Assembly: GCA_963664435.2 (NCBI GenBank)
Contig: CAXXKM010000002.1
Location: 448,001-512,000, forward strand
DNA from: Longimicrobiales bacterium
GTDB lineage: Bacteria; Gemmatimonadota; Gemmatimonadetes; Longimicrobiales; Gaopeijiaceae
Direction of reading: 5' to 3'
DNA length: 64,000 nucleotides
Each line of letters starts with the position of its first letter. The stretch's first letter is position 1. The notes under the pieces were generated by a model. That model was not told the origin of the DNA. It saw only the letters and a program-made list of their open reading frames with translations, and did not search any database. The position numbers and the translations under genes are program-made. This document shows positions 30,250 through 40,255 of the stretch, in pieces.

Positions 30250-30705
30250 TTGGAACTCTGGCGGATCTCCCGCAAAGCCTACGCGGCCCTGGATGGCGAT
30301 GGGGCCCGCCTCTACGGGGCACGGTGGACTCCTCGCGGAACGCCCGCCGTCTACGCGGCTTCCCACCTCTCACTGGCAGCCCTGGAATACCTGGTGCACA
30401 TCGACACGGAAGACGCACCAGACGATCTGGTGGCTCTCCGCATAAGCGTTCCGGACGATGTGACCGAACTGGCCTACGCGCCTGCCTCTCTGCCCGCCGA
30501 TTGGCAGCAGACTCCGTCACCGCCCCAATGCCAGGCGATCGGTAGCGAGTGGGCCAGGAGGCGGGAGGAGCTGCTACTACGAATTCCATCCGTGCTCGTT
30601 CCCGAAGAGAGCAACGTGCTCGTGAATCCGATGCATCCGGACGCCGTCGGGGTCCGGGTCATCGGGTCTCGTCCCTTCTCCTACGATGTCCGATTGTTGA
30701 CCTGA
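30250..30705 (+). CDS. RES-domain toxin
   Basis: WRIS, G.GARLYGARW, VY.AS.LSLA.LEYLVH, IPSVLVP and N.LVNP.HPD motifs. Confidence 0.9.
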   Translation: MELWRISRKAYAALDGDGARLYGARWTPRGTPAVYAASHLSLAALEYLVHIDTEDAPDDLVALRISVPDDVTELAYAPASLPADWQQTPSPPQCQAIGSEWARRREELLLRIPSVLVPEESNVLVNPMHPDAVGVRVIGSRPFSYDVRLLT

Positions 30706-30719
30706 CCGGGAGCATTACC

Positions 30720-31049
30720 ATGAAAGAGGCACTCGACGCTCTGCACGACCGCTTGGCCCCCGCGGAGGAAATCTTCTTCACCTGGCTGACGCGGGTGTTC
30801 ATCGCCGCGACTCTGGTCGGGTCAGCGTGGATCGACGACGCGCCCCCTCTCGAGCTCGCGGCCATGCTCGTCGCGATCTACGTCGCCGTCAGGGTGGTCA
30901 CGCAGTTCGGCCGGCTGGCCGCCGCCACCCCCTTCCGGCACCGAGCCTTGCGGGTGATATTCGCCATCGGCGCGCTCATGGTGCTCGGATTGTCGTTCCT
31001 GGTCATCGTCACGCTCGTGGAGCGGCTGGCCCTCTCGGCGGTCGGTTGA
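30720..31049 (+). CDS. Small membrane protein (about 3 TM)
   Basis: GGAG RBS and hydrophobic segments. Confidence 0.55.
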   Translation: MKEALDALHDRLAPAEEIFFTWLTRVFIAATLVGSAWIDDAPPLELAAMLVAIYVAVRVVTQFGRLAAATPFRHRALRVIFAIGALMVLGLSFLVIVTLVERLALSAVG

Positions 31050-31250
31050 GCCGCTTTCTCGTGCTCACGCTGGCCGCCGTCCTCCACTCCTGCGGGCCGG
31101 AATCGCCAGCGGGCGAGCCGACGCGTGAGACCCTTCCGAACGGGGCGGTCCTCGTCCGCTATCCGAGCCTTCCCGCCATCGACTCCGTCGGCCCCGAGGT
31201 CACCGACGCGCTTTGGACTTGCAGTTCGGAAGCCTTGAAGGGGACGACCC
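31046..31250 (+). pseudogene. Truncated N-terminus of a beta-propeller-type lipoprotein
   Basis: LTLAAVLHSC lipobox-like, RETLPNGAVLVRY, then LQFGSLEGDDP in a shifted frame; breaks off before the NYN leader. Confidence 0.5.
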
Positions 31251-31280
31251 CATGGTGTAGTATGGTTCAGTATACTTGCT

Positions 31281-31323
31281 CCCCGCCCGACACGCCGAGA
31301 GGCCTCGGGCGGGGTTATTTTTT
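31281..31323 (+). terminator. Structured hairpin with U-tract just upstream of the NYN gene (attenuator or small RNA?)
   Basis: CCCCGCCCGA pairs with TCGGGCGGGG and encloses GCC-GAGA-GGC, followed by TTATTTTTT. TATACT lies at 31271-31276. Confidence 0.55.
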
Positions 31324-31335
31324 GCGGATCGGTCA

Positions 31336-31971
31336 ATGAGCGGCGAGCCTCCCATCAAGCGCGCGATTGCCTTCCTGGACGGCCAGAACCTGTTTCACGC
31401 CGCCCGCGAGGCGTTCGGCTACACCTACCCCAACTACGACGTTGCGGCGCTCGCCAAACAGGTTTGCGCGCGGCAGGGATGGAAGCTGGCGCAGGTCCGC
31501 TTCTACACCGGAATCCCCGATGTCGGCGACAACCCCAGGTGGCACTCCTTCTGGACCCACAAGCTCGCTGCGATGGGGCGGCAGCGCGTGGTCGTGTACA
31601 GCAGGCCACTCCGATACCGCAACCGCCGGGTGGATCTGCCCGACGGCACACAACACTCTTTTCTGACCGGCGAAGAGAAAGGGATCGACGTGCGGATCGC
31701 GCTCGATGTGATCGCGCTCGCCCACCGCTGCGCATACGACGTGGCGCTCGTCTTCAGCCAGGATCAGGATCTATCGGAGGTCGCCGAGGAGATTCGGACC
31801 ATCGCGCGGCAACAGAAGAGGTGGATCAAGATAGCGAGCGCCTTTCCCCACAGCCCAGCCAGCCGCAACCCAAGGGGAGTAAACAAGACCGACTGGATCA
31901 AGATCGACCGGAAGCTATACGACGAGTGTCTCGACAGACGAGACTACCGCACGAAGAGCCAAGGGTCGTAG
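31336..31971 (+). CDS. NYN (LabA/DUF88, PIN-like) domain protein
   Basis: AFLDGQNL, RFYTG, EEKGIDV and SQDQDL acidic motifs. Confidence 0.88.
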   Translation: MSGEPPIKRAIAFLDGQNLFHAAREAFGYTYPNYDVAALAKQVCARQGWKLAQVRFYTGIPDVGDNPRWHSFWTHKLAAMGRQRVVVYSRPLRYRNRRVDLPDGTQHSFLTGEEKGIDVRIALDVIALAHRCAYDVALVFSQDQDLSEVAEEIRTIARQQKRWIKIASAFPHSPASRNPRGVNKTDWIKIDRKLYDECLDRRDYRTKSQGS

Positions 31972-32016
31972 ATTCTTCCTCCTTGAAGGGCCGGGCGGGC
32001 ACTATGGTCCACGGCG

Positions 32017-32543
32017 CTACGGCAACGGAATCCCGATGCCTGCCGTCACCAGCAGTGCACGCGTTGTCCCTTCCATAGCCTCGCCCGCCAGACCGAACAG
32101 GCCGAGCATCTCCATCCCATGCGTCAGACCCATCGTCAACGGAGCCGTGTATCCGACGCCCAGCGCAGCACTGACATCGACGGGGTCGCCCCTGTCACGG
32201 TCTGACCAGCGGAAGCCAACCGAGGGTGCCATCAACGCGAAGATCTGGTGCACACCTGCATCAGGGGAGCCGATCCGCGCCAGCACGGGGGTTTCGGCGT
32301 AGCCGTCATAGCCTTTTCGCACCCACAGCGCCCCCGTGCGGAAGCCGACGCCTTCATCGCTCGGGAAATCGAGGTAGACGCCGCCCGAACCCCGGTCGTT
32401 GTCTCATCGGAAATCACGGTGAATTGTGAGAAGGTCCGCAGCTCGCTCAACTGGCCTATTGAACCGCCTATCCGAAGGTTGAGGATCTGGCCGTCGAGCG
32501 GACTCGCGACGAGCATCAGGAGTAGCGGCGAAATCATCTTCAT
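32017..32543 (-). pseudogene. Frameshifted, possibly degraded secreted/outer-membrane beta-barrel-like protein
   Basis: Signal-like MKMISPLLLMLVAS. Frameshift near 32380 (continues VYLDFP..GFRTGALWVRKG); C-terminal LLVTAGIGIP. Confidence 0.45.
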
Positions 32544-32579
32544 GGCGAGCAACTCCTCTTTCGGACCGATGATGTCCCC

Positions 32580-34982
32580 ATGAATACCCCCCGGTCCCGT
32601 CCCGCCGTTTCCCCCAAGGCGCGCATCGCGGCGCTTGCCCGCGATGACAAGTGGTTTCTGGGGGGGCTGGACGGGGTGGTGTGGGCGCCGCCGTTTCCAC
32701 AGTGGCTTCACCGGCCGGGGTTCTGGGATCCCGTGCACGTGCTGCAGCACGAGGTCGGCCCGGGGTTTTCGGTGGCGCTCGTGCGTCCCGATGGGCGGGA
32801 ATACCCCCTCCGTGGAGCGACCCCGGGTCGGGACGGTCGCGAGTTGGCACCACGCAGGTGGCGGCCAGGGCGGCTGGCCACCACGTGGTCGGATGAGCGA
32901 GGCGTCATCGTCGAGGAGCGCCGCCAGGTGCTGCCGGGAGGAATCCTGGAATCATCCTGGCAGGTTCCCGGGGAGTTCGAGGGCCACCTGGTCGGCTTCA
33001 CCGCGCAGCCGGCCGACGCGACCGAGGGGGTTGAACCCACGGAAGCCGGCTTGATCTGGACACGGGCCGTCTCGGACCGGCGTGGGCAGGAACTGGTCCT
33101 GCGCATGGAACTCGCGGGTTCGGTCTCGCCCGCGTGGCGGAGCATCGTGCCGTCCGAAGGAAGCGACGCACCCGAGTGGGGGCATTCTCCCTTTGCGGAG
33201 CACGGGATCGAGGCGGGGACTGCGGCACCCGCTGAGGCGGGCGTCCACTCCGCGCCCGGCGAGGCTTCCGACCCCGTGTCCGGCGCGGTTCCGGACCCGG
33301 ACCCGCACGCCGCAGCGGACGCGCACCGCTCCGGATGGATCTGGATCGCCGTCGCTTTGCCGCTGGCGGGACTCGACGATGGTCGCCCGCCGACCATCCG
33401 GATGACTCTACGGCCGCACGGCGCCCACCCGCGACGCACGGCTTCAGCGTTCTCGACCAACCAGCCCAGGAACTCCTCGACCCGGAACGCAACGTCCTCA
33501 GAGCCCCCGGCCGGTGAGATCTCCGAGACTCCCGCCGGCGAGACCTCGCCATGCTCCCCCTGGGAGTCCTTCTTCGGCGGTTTTCCCCGCTTCCAGTGCG
33601 GCGATCCGTTTCTCGACCGCTATTTCGACTACCGCATCCATGGCCTTGGCCTGAACCGCATCGAGGGTCGATGGGGTCCGATCCGGCACCCCGCCATCGC
33701 CGAGGGCCCGGAGTACTTCCACGTGCCGATCGCCTACAGCGCCCAGTGCCACATGATGGAGATGCGCTGGCGCAGGGGCGGGCGCGAGGCGTGGGGTTCG
33801 CTGTTGAACTTCGTCGACAACCAGAAGCCCGACGGCTCCTTTCACGGGCGCCTCTATCCGGAGCGCCTCGAGGGAACCGACTTCTACCACGCCAACTGGG
33901 GCGACGCGCTGCTCGCGGTCGACGACATGCACCCCGATGCGGCGGCGCTGGCCCGCTGCTACGAGGGACTGTCGCGCTACGCCTGCTGGCTGACCGGCGC
34001 GCGCGATCCGGAGGGATCCGGGATGTTCACCGTCACGAACCACTTCGAGACGGGACAGGAGTACATGTCGCGCTACATGGCCGTGGACAAGGAGGCCGAC
34101 GTGGCGGGGTGGCGCCCGCGGCTCCGTCTCAAGGGGATCGACGTCACGGTGTACGCGCACCAGCTGTTCCGCGCCCTCGGTGCGGTGGCGCGCCGATTGG
34201 AGCGGCCCGGCGACGAAGCCGACTGGAACGAGCTCGCGGCCCGCTGCTGGAGGGCGGTCGACGAGCGCATGTGGTCGGCGGAGGCCCGGCTGTTCACAGA
34301 CGTGGACGGGCGCACCGGCGCGCGTACCGGGGTGAAGGCGGCGGTGGGGTTCTACCCGCTGCTCACCGGACTGGTGGGCGGCGCGCGCCTCGACGCCCTG
34401 CTCGACCATCTCGAAGATCCCCGGACCTTCGGCACACCCTTCCCCCTGCCTTCGTCCAGCGTGGACGACCCGCGATTCTCCGCGGAGGGCGTCTGGCGGG
34501 GGAAGCGCCGCAACTGCCCCTGGAACGGACGGGTGTGGCCGATGACGACGAGCCACGTGATCGAAGGGTTGCTGCGCTGCTGGCGCGGCGGCGGCGGGCG
34601 GGCCGGCAGGCTCGCGGCCGACATGCTCAACCGCTTCGCACGCATGATGTTCACTGACGGCGATCCCTCGCGGCCCAACTGCTTCGAGCACTACAACCCG
34701 TACACGGGCCGCGCCTGCCACTTCCGGGGCATCGACGACTATCAGCACTCCTGGATCCTCGACCTGCTGGGGCGCGGATTCGCCGGGCTCCACGTGGACG
34801 CGTCGGGCGTCGAGGTGCGGCCGCTGCCGGGTGGTCCCGCCCGCGTGTCGCTGGGGCCGGTCATCGCCCGGGGGCGGACGCTGCACGTCGAAGTGGAACC
34901 CGCCCGCGTGAGCATCTCCGTGGATGGCGAGCGGTTCGACGGACCGCGCGGCGAGCCCCTGCGGGTTCCGTGGATCCCGTGA
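32580..34982 (+). CDS. MGH1/GH63/trehalase-like glycoside hydrolase
   Basis: ETGQE, FYPLL, F.TPFPLPS, WNGRVWP, FEHYNP.TG and DDYQHS motifs. Confidence 0.8.
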   Translation: MNTPRSRPAVSPKARIAALARDDKWFLGGLDGVVWAPPFPQWLHRPGFWDPVHVLQHEVGPGFSVALVRPDGREYPLRGATPGRDGRELAPRRWRPGRLATTWSDERGVIVEERRQVLPGGILESSWQVPGEFEGHLVGFTAQPADATEGVEPTEAGLIWTRAVSDRRGQELVLRMELAGSVSPAWRSIVPSEGSDAPEWGHSPFAEHGIEAGTAAPAEAGVHSAPGEASDPVSGAVPDPDPHAAADAHRSGWIWIAVALPLAGLDDGRPPTIRMTLRPHGAHPRRTASAFSTNQPRNSSTRNATSSEPPAGEISETPAGETSPCSPWESFFGGFPRFQCGDPFLDRYFDYRIHGLGLNRIEGRWGPIRHPAIAEGPEYFHVPIAYSAQCHMMEMRWRRGGREAWGSLLNFVDNQKPDGSFHGRLYPERLEGTDFYHANWGDALLAVDDMHPDAAALARCYEGLSRYACWLTGARDPEGSGMFTVTNHFETGQEYMSRYMAVDKEADVAGWRPRLRLKGIDVTVYAHQLFRALGAVARRLERPGDEADWNELAARCWRAVDERMWSAEARLFTDVDGRTGARTGVKAAVGFYPLLTGLVGGARLDALLDHLEDPRTFGTPFPLPSSSVDDPRFSAEGVWRGKRRNCPWNGRVWPMTTSHVIEGLLRCWRGGGGRAGRLAADMLNRFARMMFTDGDPSRPNCFEHYNPYTGRACHFRGIDDYQHSWILDLLGRGFAGLHVDASGVEVRPLPGGPARVSLGPVIARGRTLHVEVEPARVSISVDGERFDGPRGEPLRVPWIP

Positions 34983-36163
34983 GTCGCGCCGGGCAGGGCG
35001 TCGTGCTGCGCGGCGTGGAGAAGCGGTACGGCGATGTCGTGGCGCTGCGGTCGCTGGACCTCGAGGTGCAGCCCGGAGAACTGATGGTCCTGGTGGGCCC
35101 ATCGGGGTGCGGCAAGAGCACCCTCCTGCGTCTCATCGCCGGGCTCGAAGCAACTACGTCGGGAGAGGTGTGGATCGGTGGACGGCGCGTGGACGACGTC
35201 GAGCCGGGTGCCCGGGACGTGGCCATGGTCTTCCAGAGCTACGCGCTCTACCCGCACATGACCGTGGCCCGGAATCTGGGCTTCGGCCTGCGCGTGCGCG
35301 GGACGCCGCGCGCGGAGCTCGATCGGCGCGTCGCGGAGACGGCAGGCGCGCTCGGACTCGCCGAATTGCTGGAGCGGAAACCCGGCCAGCTGTCGGGGGG
35401 ACAGCGCCAGCGCGTGGCCCTGGGACGCGCCATGGTGCGGGATCCCGGCGTCTTCCTGTTCGATGAACCGCTCTCGAACCTGGATGCGGAGCTGCGCTTG
35501 CGGACGCGCGACGAAATCGCCGCACTGCACCGACGCCTGGGCACGACGATGATCTTCGTGACCCACGACCAGGTCGAAGCGCTGTCGCTCGGCCAGCGGG
35601 TCGCGGTCATGGATCGCGGGCGGCTCCAGCAGGTGGGCACGCCGGACGAGGTCTACCGCCGGCCCGCCAACCTGTTCGTCGCCGGCTTCGTGGGGTCGCC
35701 GCCCATCAACCGCATCCCCCTGTCGCGTGACGGAGAGGGGTGCCTCGCGGGCGGTCCGTTCGTGCTCGCGGCGGCCTCGCGCCTCGACCGCGCCACGCTG
35801 GCGGTGCGGCCGGAAGACCTCGCGGTGGCCGGGCCCGGCGGGGCGGATGGCGACGTGCCCGGCGGGGCGGATCGCGGCGCGCACGGCGGGGCGGTCCATT
35901 GGAACCAGGCCGGTGGCTCGACCCACGCCGGCGACTTCCGGGCCTCCGTGCTCCGCGTGGAGATGCTGGGAAGCGAACAGCTCGTACACCTCGACGGCCC
36001 GGGTGACGAGGCGTGGGTGGCGCGCGCATCCCCCGCCCTTCGGGTCGGCCCCGGCGACCGGGTGCGCGTCTCCGTCGCCTGGGAGCGCAGCCACCTGTTC
36101 GGTCCGGATGGCCGCCGCGAGCAGGGCGCGCCGCGACCGGCGGGGCGGCAGGTCTCGCGATGA
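34970..36163 (+). CDS. Sugar ABC transporter ATPase (MalK/UgpC-like; GTG at 34979 also possible)
   Basis: GPSGCGKST, VFQSYALYPH, LSGGQRQR, DEPLSNLD and VTHDQ motifs. Confidence 0.93.
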   Translation: MDPVSRAGQGVVLRGVEKRYGDVVALRSLDLEVQPGELMVLVGPSGCGKSTLLRLIAGLEATTSGEVWIGGRRVDDVEPGARDVAMVFQSYALYPHMTVARNLGFGLRVRGTPRAELDRRVAETAGALGLAELLERKPGQLSGGQRQRVALGRAMVRDPGVFLFDEPLSNLDAELRLRTRDEIAALHRRLGTTMIFVTHDQVEALSLGQRVAVMDRGRLQQVGTPDEVYRRPANLFVAGFVGSPPINRIPLSRDGEGCLAGGPFVLAAASRLDRATLAVRPEDLAVAGPGGADGDVPGGADRGAHGGAVHWNQAGGSTHAGDFRASVLRVEMLGSEQLVHLDGPGDEAWVARASPALRVGPGDRVRVSVAWERSHLFGPDGRREQGAPRPAGRQVSR

Positions 36164-37524
36164 CGGGTCGCACCACGGTCGTGTTCGCCATCCTCGTCCT
36201 CGCGGCTGCCGCCTGCGCCCCCGGAGAGTCAGGCACAACGTTGCGTGTGGCCCTCTGGGCCGGAGGCCACGAACTCAAGATCGAGCGGCAGGTGGCCGAC
36301 CGTTACGAGGCCCTGCACCCCGGCGTGCGGGTCGTGCTCGAATCGGCCCCCAACGGATACGAGGAGCGGCTGCTGACCTCGATCGCGGCGGGGCGCCCGC
36401 CCGACGTCTACCTCATGGACTCGCCCGACATCCCCACCTTCGTGGAGCGCGGGCTGGCGCTGGACCTCGCACCCTGGCAGGAGGCCCTGGGGTTTCGGCC
36501 GGACAGCGTGTTCGGGCAGGTGGTGGACGCGTTTCGGCGTGGTGAATCCATGTTCGCGCTGCCGAAGGACTTCACGCCGATGGTCCTGTACGCGAATCGC
36601 GACGTGCTCGCCGCCGCGGGCGTTGAAGACCTTCTGCCGGCGGTGCCCTCGTCCACTCAGTCGCCAACTGCGCCGTCGTCGGCTTCGGTGTCGTCGGCCA
36701 CAGTGTCGTCCCCTGCCGCGCCGCTGGCCAGCTGGACCTGGACCGACTTCCGGCGGGCCGCCGAGGCGGTCGCCGCCGACACCGACGGCGATGGCCGGCA
36801 GAACGTGTTCGGGTTCGACTTCCCGCGCAACCTCTACCAGTGGGTTCCGTTCGTGTGGTCGGCGGGAGGCGACATTCTGGCGCCCGGCGGCAGCGGGGCG
36901 GCGGGGTACCTGGACGGGCCGGAAGCGCTGGAGGCCTACCGCTTCCTGACAGCCCTGGCGGAGGACGGACTCACCCCGGGCGCGCAGTTCGTCCAGCAGG
37001 GAGACCCCGCGCGGGAGGCGCGCTTCGCATCGGGCGGACAGGCGTTTCTGCTCTCGGGCCACTGGACGCTCCCCGTATTCCGCGACCTGGTGGAGGCGGG
37101 CGACCTGGACCTGGCCATCGTCCCCCTCCCGCACCATCCGTCGGAGGCGGCCACGACCAGCGTGCTCTACGCGTCGGGATGGGCCGTGGCGCCCAACGCG
37201 CCGAACCTGCGCCGGGCCATCCACCTGGCGGGCTTCCTCGCCTCGCCCGAAGCGCAGCGCGTCCGGGCGCGTCCGGGGCTCGCGATTCCGTCACGGATGG
37301 ATGTGGCGACGGAGATGGCCGCGGCGGACGGCACGGGGGTCGAGGCCGCATTCCTCGCGCTGGTGGAGGGCGCGCGCATGACGTGGGGGGCGCGGGTGCG
37401 CGACTTCTCCCGCATCGAGGCGCTGGCGGTGGAGATCATGGACCGACGGCTGGTTCGGGGAGAGGCGCTTACCTCGAGCGCCTCGGACGTGGCCCGCCGC
37501 ATCGACGCGGAGTTCGGATGGTGA
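36160..37524 (+). CDS. Sugar ABC transporter substrate-binding lipoprotein
   Basis: Lipobox LAAAAC; AAG.PPDV and ALPKDF motifs; operon position. Confidence 0.88.
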   Translation: MTGRTTVVFAILVLAAAACAPGESGTTLRVALWAGGHELKIERQVADRYEALHPGVRVVLESAPNGYEERLLTSIAAGRPPDVYLMDSPDIPTFVERGLALDLAPWQEALGFRPDSVFGQVVDAFRRGESMFALPKDFTPMVLYANRDVLAAAGVEDLLPAVPSSTQSPTAPSSASVSSATVSSPAAPLASWTWTDFRRAAEAVAADTDGDGRQNVFGFDFPRNLYQWVPFVWSAGGDILAPGGSGAAGYLDGPEALEAYRFLTALAEDGLTPGAQFVQQGDPAREARFASGGQAFLLSGHWTLPVFRDLVEAGDLDLAIVPLPHHPSEAATTSVLYASGWAVAPNAPNLRRAIHLAGFLASPEAQRVRARPGLAIPSRMDVATEMAAADGTGVEAAFLALVEGARMTWGARVRDFSRIEALAVEIMDRRLVRGEALTSSASDVARRIDAEFGW

Positions 37525-37595
37525 GCGGCGCGTGTCACCTCGCTTCGCGCAGGTTCTCGGCCGTGATGCTGCTCTACGCGGAGTTCGGATGATGA
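37505..37595 (+). repeat. 20-bp direct repeat ACGCGGAGTTCGGATG(G/A)TGA at the SBP-permease junction
   Basis: Copies start at 37505 and 37576 with one mismatch. Confidence 0.7.
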
Positions 37596-39439
37596 ACGGC
37601 ACCCGCGTCGTGCGGGATCGCCAGGACGGCGGGCGGGTGCGTCGGCCAACCCTTGCCGCTCTCGCCGCTGTCACCTTCGCCGCCGGCGTCGGGTTGGTGT
37701 TGGCTGTCGCGGCGGGCCGGGTGGAGGGCGCGCGCGAGGCCGTGGCGGAAGCCGAGGCGCGCATGGCCGCCGCGCTGTGGGAGGAGGAGGGGGGCGGCGC
37801 CGATGCCGTGGCCGGGCTGCTCGGCGACCGGGCCTCGATTCTCGGCACGAACGCCGGAGGCGCCGGGCCGGGCGCATACGCCTACCAGGCCGGCGCGCTT
37901 GAGCCCGCCGCCTGGATCGCGGTCGCGCCCCGTGGCGCGGGCAGCGCCTCGACCGCCTTCCCCGCCACCGCCACCGCCATCGCGCTGGCGGGCCTGGCGC
38001 TCATCGCCGGCTGGGCCGGCGTCCGGCGCCACGCACCCGCGCGCTCACGCTACCCGGCAGGCATCGCGCTCCTCTCGGTCGGCTGCATCGCGGTGACGGC
38101 GGTCGCCGCCGAACGGTGGGCGGATCGCGAACTCGGCGCGCTGAGCGCCGCCAGGGTGGGCCAGGGCGCTCGCGCGGTCGAGCTCGTCCTGGCGACCGGC
38201 GCGGATCCCGCCCGTGCCGCCCGGGTCGCCCATCTCCCGTGGGCCGAGGACGGTGCGCTGGAGTCTCCTGACGAGCAATGGACCATGCCGGTCGAAGTCG
38301 CGGCAGCCATCGTCGCCTCGCTCGAACGGGGCGCGGGAGGCCTCGCGGCGTTGTCCCCCGATCTGCCTTCCATGACGCCCGCCTTCACGCCCTACACGGT
38401 GGAGGCGGAGGGCGCCACCTGGCACGCCGCCCGGACCGCCGACATCCACCTCGCCTTCCTCGGATACGAGCGCACCGCCTCGCCCGCCCTCACGCTGGCC
38501 GGCGGCGGCGCGCTTGCCGCCCTGCTGGTGACGCTGGTCCTCCACCTCGTGCAGCTCTCGGCGCGCCCCCGCACCCTGCGCCGAACCCTGGCGGCGTGGG
38601 GCCTCCTCGCGCCCGCCGCAGCCCTCATCCTCGCGTTCACGCTCGGGCCGCTCCTCTTCTCCCTGTGGATCTCGCTGCACGAATGGCGTCTCATCGACCC
38701 GGCACCCCTCTTCCTCGGCCTCGACAACTATGCCGCGCTGCTCGTCGACGGCGAGTGGTGGTCGGCGATCGGGAACACGGCGCTGTTCACGCTGCATGTG
38801 CCCGCCGCGATGGCCATCGCCCTCGCCCTGGCGCTCCTCACCCGGGGATCGCGCCGCGCGTTGCGCTGGGCCCGGCTCGCCCTCTTCCTGCCCGCCATCA
38901 CCAGCGTGGCGGCGATCGCGGTCGTCTGGAAGTGGCTGCTGAGCGACCAGTACGGGCTGCTGAACCGGGTGCTGGAGCGCGCAGGGCTCGAGTCCGTCCC
39001 GTGGCTCACCTCGCCCGACACGGCGCTCGCGAGCCTCATGGTCATCGGCATCTGGATGGTCGTGGGCTACCAGATGGTGGTCTTCCAGGCGGGCCTCGCC
39101 GCCATCCCGCGCGACTGGTACGATGCGGCCCGGGTCGACGGCGCGGGGCCGTGGCAGCGCTTCCGCCACATCACGCTGCCCGGCCTGCGCCATACCCTGT
39201 TCTTCGTGCTCGTTACGTCGATCATCGGATCCTTCCAGGTCTTCGGCCTCGTCTATGTGATGACCGAGGGCGGCCCGCTGGGGGCCACCGATGTCGCCGT
39301 CTACCACATCTACCGGGAGGCGTGGGAGTTCCTGCAGTTCGGCAACGCGGCCGCGATGAGCTGGCTGCTGTTCGCCGTCGTGTTCGCCGCCACCTGGCTG
39401 CATTTCCGCTTCCTCGATACGCGCCGCGCCCATGGCTGA
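37589..39439 (+). CDS. Sugar ABC permease with a long N-terminal extension
   Basis: FLGLDNY and EAA-like YDAARVDGAG.WQRFRHITLP motifs. Confidence 0.85.
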   Translation: MMNGTRVVRDRQDGGRVRRPTLAALAAVTFAAGVGLVLAVAAGRVEGAREAVAEAEARMAAALWEEEGGGADAVAGLLGDRASILGTNAGGAGPGAYAYQAGALEPAAWIAVAPRGAGSASTAFPATATAIALAGLALIAGWAGVRRHAPARSRYPAGIALLSVGCIAVTAVAAERWADRELGALSAARVGQGARAVELVLATGADPARAARVAHLPWAEDGALESPDEQWTMPVEVAAAIVASLERGAGGLAALSPDLPSMTPAFTPYTVEAEGATWHAARTADIHLAFLGYERTASPALTLAGGGALAALLVTLVLHLVQLSARPRTLRRTLAAWGLLAPAAALILAFTLGPLLFSLWISLHEWRLIDPAPLFLGLDNYAALLVDGEWWSAIGNTALFTLHVPAAMAIALALALLTRGSRRALRWARLALFLPAITSVAAIAVVWKWLLSDQYGLLNRVLERAGLESVPWLTSPDTALASLMVIGIWMVVGYQMVVFQAGLAAIPRDWYDAARVDGAGPWQRFRHITLPGLRHTLFFVLVTSIIGSFQVFGLVYVMTEGGPLGATDVAVYHIYREAWEFLQFGNAAAMSWLLFAVVFAATWLHFRFLDTRRAHG

Positions 39440-40253
39440 CGGCACCGGCGCACCCCGGATGGCGCGCGGGCTGCTGCTCGCCGCGGCGTGCCTCGTCATG
39501 GCGTCGCCCTTCCTGTGGATGGGACTGACGAGCCTCATGGGGCAGCTCGAGGTGTTCTCCGGCGGAGGCATCCTGCCGCAGGCGCCCCGGTGGGCCAACT
39601 ACCCGGAGGCGCTGACGGTGCAGCCCTTCGGCCGGTACTTCCTGAACTCGCTGGTGTTCGCGACCGCGGTGGCGGCGGGCCAGGTCGCGACCTCGGCCAC
39701 CGCGGGGTACGCCTTCGCGCGCATCGACTTTCCAGGCCGGGATCGGCTCTTCATGCTCTTCCTGTCGACGATGATGGTTCCGGCGGTCGTCGTGCTCATC
39801 CCCCGCTTCCTCGTCATCGACGCCCTCGACTGGATCGACACCTACCAGGGGCTCATCTCCACCGAGCTCGTCTCGGTGTGGGGCATCTTCCTCATGCGAC
39901 AGTATTTTCGGACCGTGCCCCGCGAACTGGAGGACGCCGCGCGCGTGGACGGCGCCGGGCATCTGCGCATCTTCTGGAGCGTCGCCCTGCCGCTCGCGAA
40001 GCCCGCCGTGGCCACGCTCGCGCTGTTCGCGTTCGTCGATGCCTGGAAGAACCTGCTGTGGCCGCTCCTCGTCACCCGGTCCATGGAAATGCGGGTGGTC
40101 GAGGTGGGGATCGCCGCCTTTCATTCGACCTACGAGATCAACTGGCCCTACCAGATGGCGGCCGGGGTCGCCGCGGTTCTGCCCATCGCGCTCCTGTTCC
40201 TGTTCACGCAGCGGTACTTCGTGCGGGGGATCCAGTTGGAGGGGATCCGGTAG
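39432..40253 (+). CDS. Sugar ABC permease
   Basis: ELEDAARVDGAG, AGYAFAR and QRYFVRGI motifs. Confidence 0.92.
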   Translation: MADGTGAPRMARGLLLAAACLVMASPFLWMGLTSLMGQLEVFSGGGILPQAPRWANYPEALTVQPFGRYFLNSLVFATAVAAGQVATSATAGYAFARIDFPGRDRLFMLFLSTMMVPAVVVLIPRFLVIDALDWIDTYQGLISTELVSVWGIFLMRQYFRTVPRELEDAARVDGAGHLRIFWSVALPLAKPAVATLALFAFVDAWKNLLWPLLVTRSMEMRVVEVGIAAFHSTYEINWPYQMAAGVAAVLPIALLFLFTQRYFVRGIQLEGIR

Positions 40254-40255
40254 CG

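Noticed and set aside
31294..31303. GCC-GAGA-GGC resembles the array 1 repeat hairpin GCC-GGAA-GGC (Cas6 substrate mimic?)
   Set aside because: GNRA hairpins are common and the TTGAGCAC handle is absent.
38969..38985. 17-nt exact match (GTGCTGGAGCGCGCAGG) between array 1 spacer 3 (29082-29098) and the sugar permease gene
   Set aside because: The flanks, including the spacer's 5' seed region, do not match, and GC-rich coding sequence makes such hits likely by chance. Not convincing self-targeting.
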